From positions 292,056-356,055 of the forward strand of contig CAZVQU010000001.1 of the NCBI GenBank assembly GCA_964629655.1: a DNA stretch of 64,000 nucleotides, written 5' to 3'. Position 1 is the stretch's first letter. Each line of letters starts with the position of its first letter. The notes under the pieces are model-generated. The model did not search any database and had not been told where the DNA came from. It saw nothing but the letters and a program-made list of their open reading frames with translations. A program made the translations under genes and the position numbers. Of this stretch, positions 20,368 to 30,665 are shown piece after piece. Source of the stretch: an uncultured Planctomycetia bacterium (GTDB lineage Bacteria; Omnitrophota; Gorgyraeia; Duberdicusellales; 4484-171).

Positions 20368-21555
20368 TTATCTTTTCTGCTTTTTCCTTTTTTCATGAAT
20401 CCATCCTAATATACGGAAAGCCGGTAACAAAGGAAAAATAAAAAGCCATCGAAAGATTAAAGCTAAAACAGGTAAACAACATGTTTCATAGTTCCATATT
20501 TTTTTGATCCTTTTTCTATTATTAAAAATAAAAGCCTCTACCAATACAATTTCAAATTTTGTTAATTCTTCTTTCCAAGCCATTACTCTGCTTTTGTCGA
20601 CAACATCTCCGGTAATCTTTCGGGCTGTAATGACTTTGGAATTTTGATTAATAATAGTTGGCAATGTCATGTTGGGCGAAAAAGATATGCCAATAAATTT
20701 GCATATATTGCGCATAACATCTTCCGTATTAGTACAAAAATCTTCGTATCGTATAACTTTTACGCGTTCTAATCCATAGCTCGATAAATATGAAATCAGC
20801 ATTTCATAGATATTATTTATAATGCTAGCATCTTGCATTGTGTAGAATAATTTTTTAAAAAAATTATATTTCTTCCTCTTTTTAGCAAAAGTAAAATGCC
20901 CTTTTCTACTCGCCATCATTCCTTGGGGACTTCTTACTGTAAAAAGAACCTTTCCCCTTGGAAACATGCTGATAAAATCAGGTATATAATTATTCGGCAC
21001 CCGCGATTTTGAAGTAAGAGAAGCAGTCGGAGTGCTTTCTGAGTGAAATGCCCATGATTTTTTATCTTCTATACCACTTTTATCTTTTATCGCCTCTATC
21101 GCAGCTAATACAGTCTGTTGCATAATATTCTTTGGTGAAATTTTATTTTCTTGAGTAATTTTCTCTAAATTTTCCAACAACTGCCTGTGGTAAATATCAA
21201 AAGAGAAATGATCCTTCCAGTTTTCTATTCCTCTTAAATACCCACGAAGCTTTATCTTGCAAAAAGGTAGATCTATATATCCTTGTGGAATTGGAATATA
21301 TTCATTGTTGCAGTCAAAATTAAAAAGTTTCCTTTCCGTCTGTTGACCAATAAATTTGCTTCCTAAAATCCAATCCATTACCATATGTTTCCCAGAAGCG
21401 TATTTTCGTTGAGTTAATAAACGAAAATAAGGAATGTCCGGAAAAACAAACATCTCTTTATTGCCATCTAAAAGTTCACTGAACAACGTTCCGCCTGTCT
21501 TCATAGGTGTTGATATTAAAACTGCGTTTTCAAACCAATCACAACTATCTGTCAT
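20368..21555 (-). CDS. PAPS-dependent sulfotransferase (Sulfotransfer_3-like)
   Basis: 5'-PSB TPMKTGGTLFSELLDG, 3'-PB VRSPQGMMAS, and IRYEDF...ICKFIGI. Confidence 0.8.
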   Translation of the reverse strand: MTDSCDWFENAVLISTPMKTGGTLFSELLDGNKEMFVFPDIPYFRLLTQRKYASGKHMVMDWILGSKFIGQQTERKLFNFDCNNEYIPIPQGYIDLPFCKIKLRGYLRGIENWKDHFSFDIYHRQLLENLEKITQENKISPKNIMQQTVLAAIEAIKDKSGIEDKKSWAFHSESTPTASLTSKSRVPNNYIPDFISMFPRGKVLFTVRSPQGMMASRKGHFTFAKKRKKYNFFKKLFYTMQDASIINNIYEMLISYLSSYGLERVKVIRYEDFCTNTEDVMRNICKFIGISFSPNMTLPTIINQNSKVITARKITGDVVDKSRVMAWKEELTKFEIVLVEAFIFNNRKRIKKIWNYETCCLPVLALIFRWLFIFPLLPAFRILGWIHEKRKKQKR

Positions 21556-21585
21556 TTTCTGCCTCTTTTACCCGACGGTGTTAAT

Positions 21586-22401
21586 TTAGCTTTCTAAATA
21601 TCCCCATCTTTTTAAATATCCCCCAAACCTCTCATTAACATCATCCAGAACTATTTTGGGTAAACCTTCTTTAAATCCTCCATACCCACCTTTACGAAAA
21701 TGAGTCTTAGGCATATCTTTTTTCCCTGACTCTTTTAATCTGCAGATCATATTATCTTTAACAACCTGTTTTGCTTTATCTTCATCAAAATCTATTCTCC
21801 ACCGGGTAAAAAGTCTTCGTAACTCACTAACTGGATCATCCCACAACATTTCATATTTTATTAATGGAACTCCGCTACTAACATATTCTTCTGCGTGATT
21901 CAACCAATTATAAAAGAGAGTCTTGTAAGACAAAAAGTATTCAAAGTAAAATGTTTCAATATCATCAAAAACACAATGCGGATGTAACCTTTTATAATAA
22001 TCCGTTTGTGAAAAATAATAGTAGGAAACAATGATATCCCTTATGTCACGTATAATATAAACTACAGAAATAAAATCCTTTCTAAAAGCCGTCATTGGAA
22101 ATAAATTATCATGGGTCATGGTTAGGGCTGTTTTACCAACATCTTTCCAAGGACCAATAATCTCTAAGTTGAAATAATCTGACAATAAAAAACAAAGCCA
22201 CTTATTGCCTGATTTTGGCAACCCCACAATTAATACTTTTCCGTTCTTTCTTTTTCTGAAATCTCGATTAACAGAATACCCATATAGGTTATATTTTTTT
22301 GTAAACGAAGGAGCGTAAGGCATTATGTATTTGCCTATGACAGGAATACGATTAAATAGCTGTTTAGTTTTTGACAATCTGTAGTATACTTCAAGTCTCA
22401 T
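21586..22401 (-). CDS. PAPS-dependent sulfotransferase (Sulfotransfer_1-like)
   Basis: GLPKSGNKWL, IRDIRDIIVSYY, IKYEML and HFRKGGYGGFK motifs. Confidence 0.88.
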   Translation of the reverse strand: MRLEVYYRLSKTKQLFNRIPVIGKYIMPYAPSFTKKYNLYGYSVNRDFRKRKNGKVLIVGLPKSGNKWLCFLLSDYFNLEIIGPWKDVGKTALTMTHDNLFPMTAFRKDFISVVYIIRDIRDIIVSYYYFSQTDYYKRLHPHCVFDDIETFYFEYFLSYKTLFYNWLNHAEEYVSSGVPLIKYEMLWDDPVSELRRLFTRWRIDFDEDKAKQVVKDNMICRLKESGKKDMPKTHFRKGGYGGFKEGLPKIVLDDVNERFGGYLKRWGYLES

Positions 22402-22491
22402 TTCTTAACCCCCTTTTGTAGTATAATTCGAATCTAATTTCTTAGCCCCCTATTGAAGTTCTAGCTCGTTCCATAGAACTAGATTTTTTGA

Positions 22492-23469
22492 TCAGGTTTT
22501 TACCCGCCATAATTCCTTTAATATACTTCTATTTTGATCAGCAATTACACCAAATCCCAAAAAAAGTAGACTAAAAATGGCGAGCAATAAAGCTACTAAC
22601 GCCATGTATATGCTTACCTCTTTTATCAATAATCTGTAGATGCCATAACAAAAAAATAAAAAGCTGGTTGCCATTAGAAATAAACTAATTGCCCAGAAAT
22701 ATTTGATAGGCCGAGCTAAAAACATAAATTTTAAATGAGTTCTTAGCAACTTTGTTGTACGTGAACTAGATTTTCTCCTTATTTCTTTATTTCCTGACCT
22801 GTCTACATGCTTCTTCCATTCTAAATTTGCTGGAATCTCGCCTATCCTATAATTCAATGCATAAAGTTTTAACAATACCTCCAAATGAAACTCCTTGCCT
22901 CTTTCTCTTATATGAACTCCCTGGATAACTTCCCGCCAATATCCTCTTGTCATACCGGTATTCATGCTTATTCCTGGTACAAAAAATAATCTTATAAGGA
23001 AATTTCCTATTTTGCTTAACAAAATTCTTCTAAAAGGGACATTCTTGTATCCTCCTCCGCAAAGATTGGGAGATGCTACCACACAATCTAAACTAGGCTC
23101 CTGCTCAAATTTATTTACTATTTTATAAACAATATCCTCTCCCCAGCTCAGATCAATTTCGGTAGTTACAATTATATCTCCGGTTGCTTTTTCAATGCCC
23201 TTCTTCAAGGCATACCCCCTTCCATGATTGTAAGGATAGGTAATCAGAACTATATCCTCTCTATCCTTAACTATATTTCTTACTACATTGAAGCTTTCAT
23301 CCTTACTACCATCATCTACAAGAATAAGCTCCCAGGGATACTTGAGATTCGACAATAGATTAACAAATTTCTTAACAGTATCCTCAATAATGGACTGCTC
23401 ATTGTAATAAGGGCAAACTACTGAAATTTTTTTTATCTTGTGTTTATTTAATTCTAATATTTCTGGCAT
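22492..23469 (-). CDS. GT2 polyprenol-phosphate glycosyltransferase (DPM1/ArnC/GtrB-like)
   Basis: VVCPYYNE, VDDGSKD and NHGRGYALKKG motifs; two C-terminal TM helices; the DxD position reads EID. Confidence 0.85.
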   Translation of the reverse strand: MPEILELNKHKIKKISVVCPYYNEQSIIEDTVKKFVNLLSNLKYPWELILVDDGSKDESFNVVRNIVKDREDIVLITYPYNHGRGYALKKGIEKATGDIIVTTEIDLSWGEDIVYKIVNKFEQEPSLDCVVASPNLCGGGYKNVPFRRILLSKIGNFLIRLFFVPGISMNTGMTRGYWREVIQGVHIRERGKEFHLEVLLKLYALNYRIGEIPANLEWKKHVDRSGNKEIRRKSSSRTTKLLRTHLKFMFLARPIKYFWAISLFLMATSFLFFCYGIYRLLIKEVSIYMALVALLLAIFSLLFLGFGVIADQNRSILKELWRVKT

Positions 23470-25078
23470 GTTTCCTCCGCTTTTTTTTAGAGCTTCTGCT
23501 ATCGCTAATAGGGTTTTTAAAAATACTAGACATCAAACGTAATCCCATTTTTGCCTTACGCCGAAATTCAGACCACTGCTTAATCTTTAAAATTTCTCTT
23601 ATGATATACCCTGGGCGAAAATAATAGCGACGAACCGCTTCATTTCTAAAGCTAATGAGTTCACCCAAGTGGAGATTTTCTTCATACACCTCTGGTATGC
23701 AAAAATTTGCTGTAGGCCTTAAGGCAAATTCCCTCCAGTAGTCATAGCTAATTATTCCTTTGCTCAAGGCCTCAGTGTACATCTCTGTGCCTGGATAAGG
23801 AATAGTAATAGAAAATTCAGTATAGTCAGCATCCAAGTCAAGGGCAAAATCGATGCTCCTCTTTATATCCTTAACAGTTTCGCCTTTGTTCCCAATCATA
23901 AAATAGGTAAGGACAGAAAAACCCTTTTTCTTTGCTAAACGGACTGCCCCACTTGCTTGATCAGTTGTGATATTTTTTTCCATTAATCCAAGTATCCGAT
24001 TCACCCCTGATTCAATACCATAATGAATTCTTAAGCAACCACTTCTTTTCATCAAGTCTAGAAGTTCAGGATCTGTTGAATTTACTCTATCTCTTATTGA
24101 CCAAGTAAGTTTTATTTTTCGTGTGATAAGTCCTTGACATATATCCTTCGTGCGTTTTTTTGACCAAGTAAAAGTATCGTCGTAAATCTCGACTTCTTTT
24201 ATTCCAAGGTCATGTATTCTTTCAAACTCTTTAATTACATTCTCAGCAGATCGACATAGCATCTTCTGGTAATTCATTTTGCAAAAAATACATTTATGCG
24301 GACAACCTCGGCTGGTAAGCATTGTGGTTACAAAATTAGACTTGCCAATTACAGAGGTATAACAGCTTAAAGGCAAAAGTGACCTATCCGGAATAGGTAA
24401 ATCGTCAAGATTCTTTTGAATAAAAAACCTCTGTTCTCCATTTTTTACCCCATATTTCTTAAAATGTAATCCGGGTAAATCATTATCAATCTTGTAATTA
24501 GCAAACATATTACATAAATACGTGAACGGTATTTCACCATCGCCAACTATTATGCTATCAACATGCTCAGCAGAAAGTGTTTCTTCAAGATAAATATTCA
24601 CATGAGGCCCACCATAGCAGATATGAACCTCAGGCATAAGATTTTTAATCAGGCGTCCTAAATGGAATGCCGGATACCACCAATCTGTCCAGGCTGAAAT
24701 CCCAACAACATCTGGTCTATGCACCTCCACTTCTTGGATACATTCCTCAAGATTAAACCCTTGGGCCTGAGCATCCAATACTCTCACCTGGTGAGGAGTT
24801 TTTTCTTTCAATAAGGTTGCGATATATAAAAGCCCCAAAGGTGGTTTGAAACCAATACTTTCCCCATGTTTGCTCATATGAGAGAGTAATGATCTTACCC
24901 CTCCAATATTAGGAGGCTGAATTAACATCACACGAATCGGCCTTGTTGCTGTTTTCCATTCGGATTTAAGGCATGCCTGATGTTCTCTGCTTCTAAATGA
25001 TACTGGATCCAGGTTCATCTTTGATATTTCCTTTCTATATTTATGAATTGTAAGTAATGCTACAAGCTTTACTGACAA
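23444..25078 (-). CDS. Cobalamin-dependent radical SAM protein; likely true start at 25018 (MNLDP)
   Basis: PPLGLLYIA, DVVGIS and GGPH (B12-binding domain); TSRGCPHKCIFC, YDDTF, GIESG and PYPGT. Confidence 0.92.
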   Translation of the reverse strand: MSVKLVALLTIHKYRKEISKMNLDPVSFRSREHQACLKSEWKTATRPIRVMLIQPPNIGGVRSLLSHMSKHGESIGFKPPLGLLYIATLLKEKTPHQVRVLDAQAQGFNLEECIQEVEVHRPDVVGISAWTDWWYPAFHLGRLIKNLMPEVHICYGGPHVNIYLEETLSAEHVDSIIVGDGEIPFTYLCNMFANYKIDNDLPGLHFKKYGVKNGEQRFFIQKNLDDLPIPDRSLLPLSCYTSVIGKSNFVTTMLTSRGCPHKCIFCKMNYQKMLCRSAENVIKEFERIHDLGIKEVEIYDDTFTWSKKRTKDICQGLITRKIKLTWSIRDRVNSTDPELLDLMKRSGCLRIHYGIESGVNRILGLMEKNITTDQASGAVRLAKKKGFSVLTYFMIGNKGETVKDIKRSIDFALDLDADYTEFSITIPYPGTEMYTEALSKGIISYDYWREFALRPTANFCIPEVYEENLHLGELISFRNEAVRRYYFRPGYIIREILKIKQWSEFRRKAKMGLRLMSSIFKNPISDSRSSKKKRRKHARNIRIK

Positions 25079-25084
25079 TATATA

Positions 25085-26503
25085 CTATCTAATTGCAGTT
25101 CTAATAAAAGCATATATAGCCATTATAAAGCGTCTAACATCTTTTAATGATCGCAATCTCCTCAGATGAGCCCAAACAATCTTCGGACGCAAATAAAACT
25201 TTTTAAAAGCTAATTTAGAAAAATGAGTGAGATCTTTTCTCGTAAACCCTTGAGGAACGAAATTTATCGTTAAATTATTCATTTTATTCCAATCTAAATT
25301 AACTTTTCCATGTTGCGCTGCCATCTGATACACCTCTGTGCCTGGATAAGGAGTAAGAAATGTCTGCTGAAAATAATCTAAATCGGCATCAAGAATAAAC
25401 TCTAGCGTTTCTTCAAGCGTCTCTTTAGTCTCCCCCACGTACCCAAAAATAAAATTACCTCGTGTCATGATATCCGCTTCTTTCGTCCACTTTAGCGCCC
25501 GACTTATCTGATCAATAGTAATATATTTTTTCATAGTCCCCAAAATTTTAGGACTACCACTTTCAATCCCATATTCTATTTGCCAACACCCAGCTTTCCT
25601 CATCAATTGCAGCATTTCTGGACTAACCATATTTACTCGCGCGCAACAACTCCAACTTATATTGTATTCTTTTTCAATGAGAATTTGACAGATTTGCCTT
25701 AGCCTTTTTGGGTCAGTTACAAAATTGTCATCGTAAATAAGTAATTCTTTGATACCATGGTTAGTCATCAAATGTTCAATCATTCGAATAACATAATTAG
25801 CACTATAAGCTCTGAACTTTTTCCCAAAAACACTCGTATCGCAAAACGTACAACTTCCTGGACAACCTCTAGAGGTTAAAACAGCAGTAGATTTATCTGA
25901 AGTAGTTCCTATTATAGACATATGATAAGGATTGGTAAGTGATGGCAATAAGTCCCATGCTGGAAAGGGCAAAAAATCCATATCTACTTCGGATTCTCTA
26001 ATATTTGTTCTGAAAATATTATCATTTTTACGGAAAATAATCCCTTTGACCTCCGCCAAATCTCTTTTTTTATCTACTAAGCAATCTAAGAGTTCGATAA
26101 AAGTTTCTTCTCCCTCCCCAATAACACCAATATCAAATTGAGGAAATAACTCAAAAGTTTCTTCAGGCACAGCAGTAATATGAGAACCTCCAATAATTAT
26201 TTTTAAATCCGGATTAGATAACTTGATGGATTTACCAACTTCAGCGGCTGCATGAACTGAAGAAGTGGTAGCTGTAACCCCTACTAGGTCAGGATGTTGA
26301 GCAAAAATATACTCAGCTGTAGACTTTAGAGACAGTTTCTGTGCATAAGCATCAATAACAGATACGGAATGACCTTGTTGTCTAGCTACTGCAGCTAGCA
26401 GTAAGAGTCCTAGCGGCGGGCTAACACTATCTACCGCAGAAAGATCCCAGTCACCGTATAAACCATCAAAAGATAAAGAAGGATTAACTAAACAAATATT
26501 CAT
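25085..26503 (-). CDS. Cobalamin-dependent radical SAM protein
   Basis: PPLGLLLLAA, GGSH, GEGE, TSRGCPGSCTFC, YDDNF, GIESG and PYPGT motifs. Confidence 0.93.
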   Translation of the reverse strand: MNICLVNPSLSFDGLYGDWDLSAVDSVSPPLGLLLLAAVARQQGHSVSVIDAYAQKLSLKSTAEYIFAQHPDLVGVTATTSSVHAAAEVGKSIKLSNPDLKIIIGGSHITAVPEETFELFPQFDIGVIGEGEETFIELLDCLVDKKRDLAEVKGIIFRKNDNIFRTNIRESEVDMDFLPFPAWDLLPSLTNPYHMSIIGTTSDKSTAVLTSRGCPGSCTFCDTSVFGKKFRAYSANYVIRMIEHLMTNHGIKELLIYDDNFVTDPKRLRQICQILIEKEYNISWSCCARVNMVSPEMLQLMRKAGCWQIEYGIESGSPKILGTMKKYITIDQISRALKWTKEADIMTRGNFIFGYVGETKETLEETLEFILDADLDYFQQTFLTPYPGTEVYQMAAQHGKVNLDWNKMNNLTINFVPQGFTRKDLTHFSKLAFKKFYLRPKIVWAHLRRLRSLKDVRRFIMAIYAFIRTAIR

Positions 26504-26518
26504 ATCCTGCGCTTAGTG

Positions 26519-27610
26519 TCAAAAACCTTTTAATATCTCCGTAATTCTTAACGCTGTCTTACCATCCCATTTATCAGGAACAATTCCTTTTTTGACCTTT
26601 CCTCTCAAAATATCTGTAATAACATCTGGTAACATATCAATTTCTTCATCCTTTATTAAAACATTCGTTCCTAACTCAATCGTTACCGGTCTCTCTGTGT
26701 TATTCCTTAATGTAAAACAAGGTTTACCAAGCGCTGTTGTTTCTTCCTGCAATCCACCACTATCAGTTACAACTGCAACAGCATCTTTCCATAAAAATAA
26801 TGATTCCAAATAGGAAAGTGGCTCTAAAGAATATATAGTAGGAGGCGTATCTAATTGAAACTCCTCCAAATTATTTCTGGTACGTGGATGGATGGAAAAA
26901 ATTATAGGGGCGATCTTGGAAACACTTTCTAGAACCCGCAAAAGTTTACTGAGTTTATTTTTGTCATCTACATTAGCAGGCCGATGTAAAGTTAAATAAA
27001 TATACTTTCCTAACTTTTTTTTCAATGGTGCTGAAGAAAAATTAAAATGAGAACTTTTCAATCTGTCTAAACCAAAAATAAGTGAATCGATCATAGTATT
27101 GCCAACAAAAAATATGTTATTAGGGTTCTTACCCTCTTTAATAAGGTTCTCTACGCCAGCTTTCTCAGTTACAAAAAGAAAATCTGCAATACTATCAGTT
27201 ACTCTTCTGTTAATTTCCTCAGGCATACTAATATCGAAACTTCTCAATCCGGCTTCAATATGAGCTACCTTTATCCCAAGTTTCTTTGCGGTAATAGCGC
27301 TGGCTATAGTTGAATTAACATCCCCAACAACGATAACCAAATCCGGAGCTATTTTCTTTAATACTTTTTCTAAAGAAATTATAATCTTCGCAATCTGCTC
27401 AGCATGGCTACTGCTTCCCACCTTTAAATAATAGTGAGGTTTTGGTATCTCTAAGTCATCAAAAAATACCTTGCTCATATTGTCGTCGTAATGCTGGCCA
27501 GTATTCACAATTATGGCTTTAAACGCTTTTGTTTCATTAATTGCCCTTACAATAGGGGCGATTTTCATAAAATTAGGCCTTGCCCCGCCGATAAAAACTA
27601 AAGTCCTCAT
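26519..27610 (-). CDS. wecB: UDP-N-acetylglucosamine 2-epimerase (non-hydrolysing)
   Basis: GARPNFMKIAP, TGQHYD, HIEAGLRSFD, PEEINR, TDSGGLQEE and TERP motifs. Confidence 0.92.
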   Translation of the reverse strand: MRTLVFIGGARPNFMKIAPIVRAINETKAFKAIIVNTGQHYDDNMSKVFFDDLEIPKPHYYLKVGSSSHAEQIAKIIISLEKVLKKIAPDLVIVVGDVNSTIASAITAKKLGIKVAHIEAGLRSFDISMPEEINRRVTDSIADFLFVTEKAGVENLIKEGKNPNNIFFVGNTMIDSLIFGLDRLKSSHFNFSSAPLKKKLGKYIYLTLHRPANVDDKNKLSKLLRVLESVSKIAPIIFSIHPRTRNNLEEFQLDTPPTIYSLEPLSYLESLFLWKDAVAVVTDSGGLQEETTALGKPCFTLRNNTERPVTIELGTNVLIKDEEIDMLPDVITDILRGKVKKGIVPDKWDGKTALRITEILKGF

Positions 27611-27630
27611 AAAATATCTATTTAATTAAA

Positions 27631-29520
27631 TTAATTCTTTTCTTGGTCGATAAATGTCCTGAACCAAAGCTCGATCGACAAAAGAGAGTATATCTTATTT
27701 GCTCGCACATAATCATACAGAGTATCTCTCGACCATCGAAAATGAGAATCTAATAACTTTTTGATGTATCGAACATTAAATATTCCTCTCTCTTTTATTC
27801 TCTTGCTAGTTAATATATCAAAAACAAAATCTCGCAACTCTTTTTTGAACCAACCTGCTATAGGAGTGGGGAAACCCATTTTAGGGTGTTTATAAAATTC
27901 TTTAGGAAAAACATCTTTCATCATGGCTTTAGTCAAATATTTCAGCTCATTATTGTATAGCTTATAGCGATAGGGAATTCGCGCGGAAAGCTCAACCATC
28001 TCATTATCACACATCGGCATTCTACTCTCTATAGAATGAGCCATTCCTACCTTGTCTTCCTGTATAAAGAGAGTGGGTAGGTAGGTTTTTAAATAAAGGT
28101 AGAGTGTCTGTTCAGTGCAAGAAAAATTCTTGCCCTTTAAATATTTATCTTCTAAATTCTGCGCAGGAGAATAGCCTTGGACTTGCTTCAAAAATTCAGG
28201 AGTGAAAAGCTTGCTTCTTTGTCGTTTATTAAACATGACAAAAAGTCCATATTTAACCTCGTCAAACAGTAAGGGGCAAAAGGAAAAATAAAGAACTTTC
28301 CAAATCTCATCCGGCCTATTTTTCCAAAAGAATCGCAAAAAGCTTGAAAAATCATTCTTCAAAAGATCTTTATAAAAAGAAGCTTTGTATACCTGGTATC
28401 CAGCAAATAACTCATCTCCCCCGTGACCGGTTAAAACTACTTTTACATGTTTTGATATTTCCTTGGCAACAATATAGTGAGGAAACGCTCCAGAACCCAA
28501 TGTTGGCTCATCCAAATGATACATAACCTTTTCGATATTTTCCCTGAAATCTTTCGCGGTTATTTGAATTTCAGTATTTTGTGTATCAGAGAATTTTTCG
28601 AAAGTTTTGGTAATATTTCTCTCATCATATCTTTTACCCTCAGCAAAATACCCAGTAAAAGTTTTTAAAGGGTAATCTAAAAAATGCGGAGCAGAAAAGG
28701 CTACGCTTGAAGAGTCAAACCCTCCACTTAAACAACTTCCTATTTCCACATCGCTAACCAGATGCCGCCTTACTGATCTTTTAAAAGTATCTTTATAAAT
28801 TTCTGAAGCTTCGTTGATATCGCTAAAAGAATATCGATTATTAAAGTCCAGATCCCAATATCTCTTAAATTCCAAACAACCATTATGAATTTTTAAAAAA
28901 TAACCAGGAAGAAGCTTGTAAATATCTTTAAAAAATGTTTTTTCGTCAATGGTATTTTGAAAAGTTGTAAAGTCTACAATAGTATGCAAATTAGGAGCTC
29001 TCTCGACAGACGGATAAAGCAAAATGGCCTTAATTTCCGATGCCCATACAAATACGCCATCTTTATGCCAGTAATAGAGCGGTTTCATGCCAATTCTGTC
29101 GCGGACAAGATAAAGTAAATTTTTATTTCGATCATAAAGAGATATGGCAAACATCCCGCTTAAGCGTGTAAATACGTTCTCGCCCCACTCTTCATATCCA
29201 TGAATAATCACTTCGGTATCAGATTCTGTAGAAAACTTATGTCCATCTTTAATAAGAATCTTCCTTAGCTCCTGGTAATTATAGATTTCACCATTATAAG
29301 CTATTACAATCGATGCATCCTCATTAAACATAGGCTGTCTACCTTTCTCTAAGTCAATGATAGCCAAACGCCTATGCCCTATTAAACAATGACTATCTTC
29401 GTATGCGCCTTCACCATCTGGGCCTCTATGCTTCAGTAAATCCGACATCTTCCTTAAAACGATTTTATCGTTTCGGCCAATTAATCTGCTGGATTTAAAT
29501 ATTCCTACTATGCCACACAT
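27631..29520 (-). CDS. asnB: Asparagine synthase-like glutamine amidotransferase (AsnB/WbpS type)
   Basis: N-terminal MCGI; HRGPD, HRRLAIID, NGEIYN, LSGGFDSS and GHGGDELFAGY motifs. Confidence 0.93.
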   Translation of the reverse strand: MCGIVGIFKSSRLIGRNDKIVLRKMSDLLKHRGPDGEGAYEDSHCLIGHRRLAIIDLEKGRQPMFNEDASIVIAYNGEIYNYQELRKILIKDGHKFSTESDTEVIIHGYEEWGENVFTRLSGMFAISLYDRNKNLLYLVRDRIGMKPLYYWHKDGVFVWASEIKAILLYPSVERAPNLHTIVDFTTFQNTIDEKTFFKDIYKLLPGYFLKIHNGCLEFKRYWDLDFNNRYSFSDINEASEIYKDTFKRSVRRHLVSDVEIGSCLSGGFDSSSVAFSAPHFLDYPLKTFTGYFAEGKRYDERNITKTFEKFSDTQNTEIQITAKDFRENIEKVMYHLDEPTLGSGAFPHYIVAKEISKHVKVVLTGHGGDELFAGYQVYKASFYKDLLKNDFSSFLRFFWKNRPDEIWKVLYFSFCPLLFDEVKYGLFVMFNKRQRSKLFTPEFLKQVQGYSPAQNLEDKYLKGKNFSCTEQTLYLYLKTYLPTLFIQEDKVGMAHSIESRMPMCDNEMVELSARIPYRYKLYNNELKYLTKAMMKDVFPKEFYKHPKMGFPTPIAGWFKKELRDFVFDILTSKRIKERGIFNVRYIKKLLDSHFRWSRDTLYDYVRANKIYSLLSIELWFRTFIDQEKN

Positions 29521-29591
29521 AAGAACTTAAGATAAAAATTTCCGCTTTCTCTCATTAGGGGGGTTAAACTCTTCAATTAAAAATAAGACGT

Positions 29592-30638
29592 TTAGTTTCT
29601 GCTTACTTTTTTTCCAAAGTAAACAAAAATCGAATCCCAGGACCAGCCGAGAAAAAAAATAAAAAGTGGTATGGCCCATATAAACAGTCTTTGAATAAAC
29701 CAATATTGAAAATAAATACATGCTAAAAAAAGTAAACCAATCGGTATAACAATTAAAATAGTGAAAAACATCGCTTGCTTAAGCCTCTGGCTATGCGGTA
29801 TAAACAAATTAATGACTATTCCCGGCAATAACAAATAAAATATTCTCCGCCCGGTAAGATTGCCGAATATACCCTTTAGTACAGAAATTACTCCTTTATG
29901 AATATACTCAAAAGTGTTATGTCCCATATGCAGATGTTTATGATTAGATAGCGACCAGAGCAACAGCGGTAAAGCAAACAATATTGCCATGCCGTAATGT
30001 TTCAGATGTTTCAAGAACATAACCCCAACTGTTTTATCCTTTCTGGATAGTAAAAGATGAAAAATATAAGAAAAAAATAACATAAATACGCTAAAAGGAT
30101 GAAATAGAATAGCTACAAAAATAAATACCGAGATAAGAATTCTTTTAATGGGTGGCGGCTTTACGCATTCAAAAATATACTGCATCACCAAAAATATTGC
30201 TATACTTAATGTGGCAAGAACACTATAGGGACGTATTTCAAACGCGTGACGAATTAAAGTATAGTTGGAAGCGAAAACGCTAAAGGTTATAAGATAAGCC
30301 CATGGCGTTTTAAAATACTTCCGGCATAACATATAAAGCAAGTAAAAACCCAAAAGCGTTATTATAATATGGGGAATTGCTAATCCCCATATATTTTCGC
30401 CAAACCATTGATAAAAAGGGTAAATCAATAGATAATCACCAAGGCCCTGCATTATTCCTACGGAAGAAGCAATCGCTGCCGAAAAAGATCCTTTCATGCT
30501 ATGTACCTGAGCCATCTCATCTTGCCATAAAGGACATATTCGCCGTTGATACCTTAGATGCATACCCCATATCGTAATTAATATAATAAAACTCATGGTA
30601 ACTATACGAAAATTATTTTGCCGTAAATAACGAATCAT
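29592..30638 (-). CDS. GT-C fold (PMT/ArnT-like) membrane glycosyltransferase
   Basis: LWQDE after the first TM helix, EIRPYS, and many TM segments. Confidence 0.65.
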   Translation of the reverse strand: MIRYLRQNNFRIVTMSFIILITIWGMHLRYQRRICPLWQDEMAQVHSMKGSFSAAIASSVGIMQGLGDYLLIYPFYQWFGENIWGLAIPHIIITLLGFYLLYMLCRKYFKTPWAYLITFSVFASNYTLIRHAFEIRPYSVLATLSIAIFLVMQYIFECVKPPPIKRILISVFIFVAILFHPFSVFMLFFSYIFHLLLSRKDKTVGVMFLKHLKHYGMAILFALPLLLWSLSNHKHLHMGHNTFEYIHKGVISVLKGIFGNLTGRRIFYLLLPGIVINLFIPHSQRLKQAMFFTILIVIPIGLLFLACIYFQYWFIQRLFIWAIPLFIFFLGWSWDSIFVYFGKKVSRN

Positions 30639-30665
30639 CCAGCGCCTCCTTATTTTAAATAACCT

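Noticed and set aside
22457-22480. AGTTCTA-N10-TAGAACT inverted repeat in an intergenic gap
   Set aside because: The 7-bp stem is weak and AT-rich, with no U-tract on the coding strand; it is not a convincing terminator.
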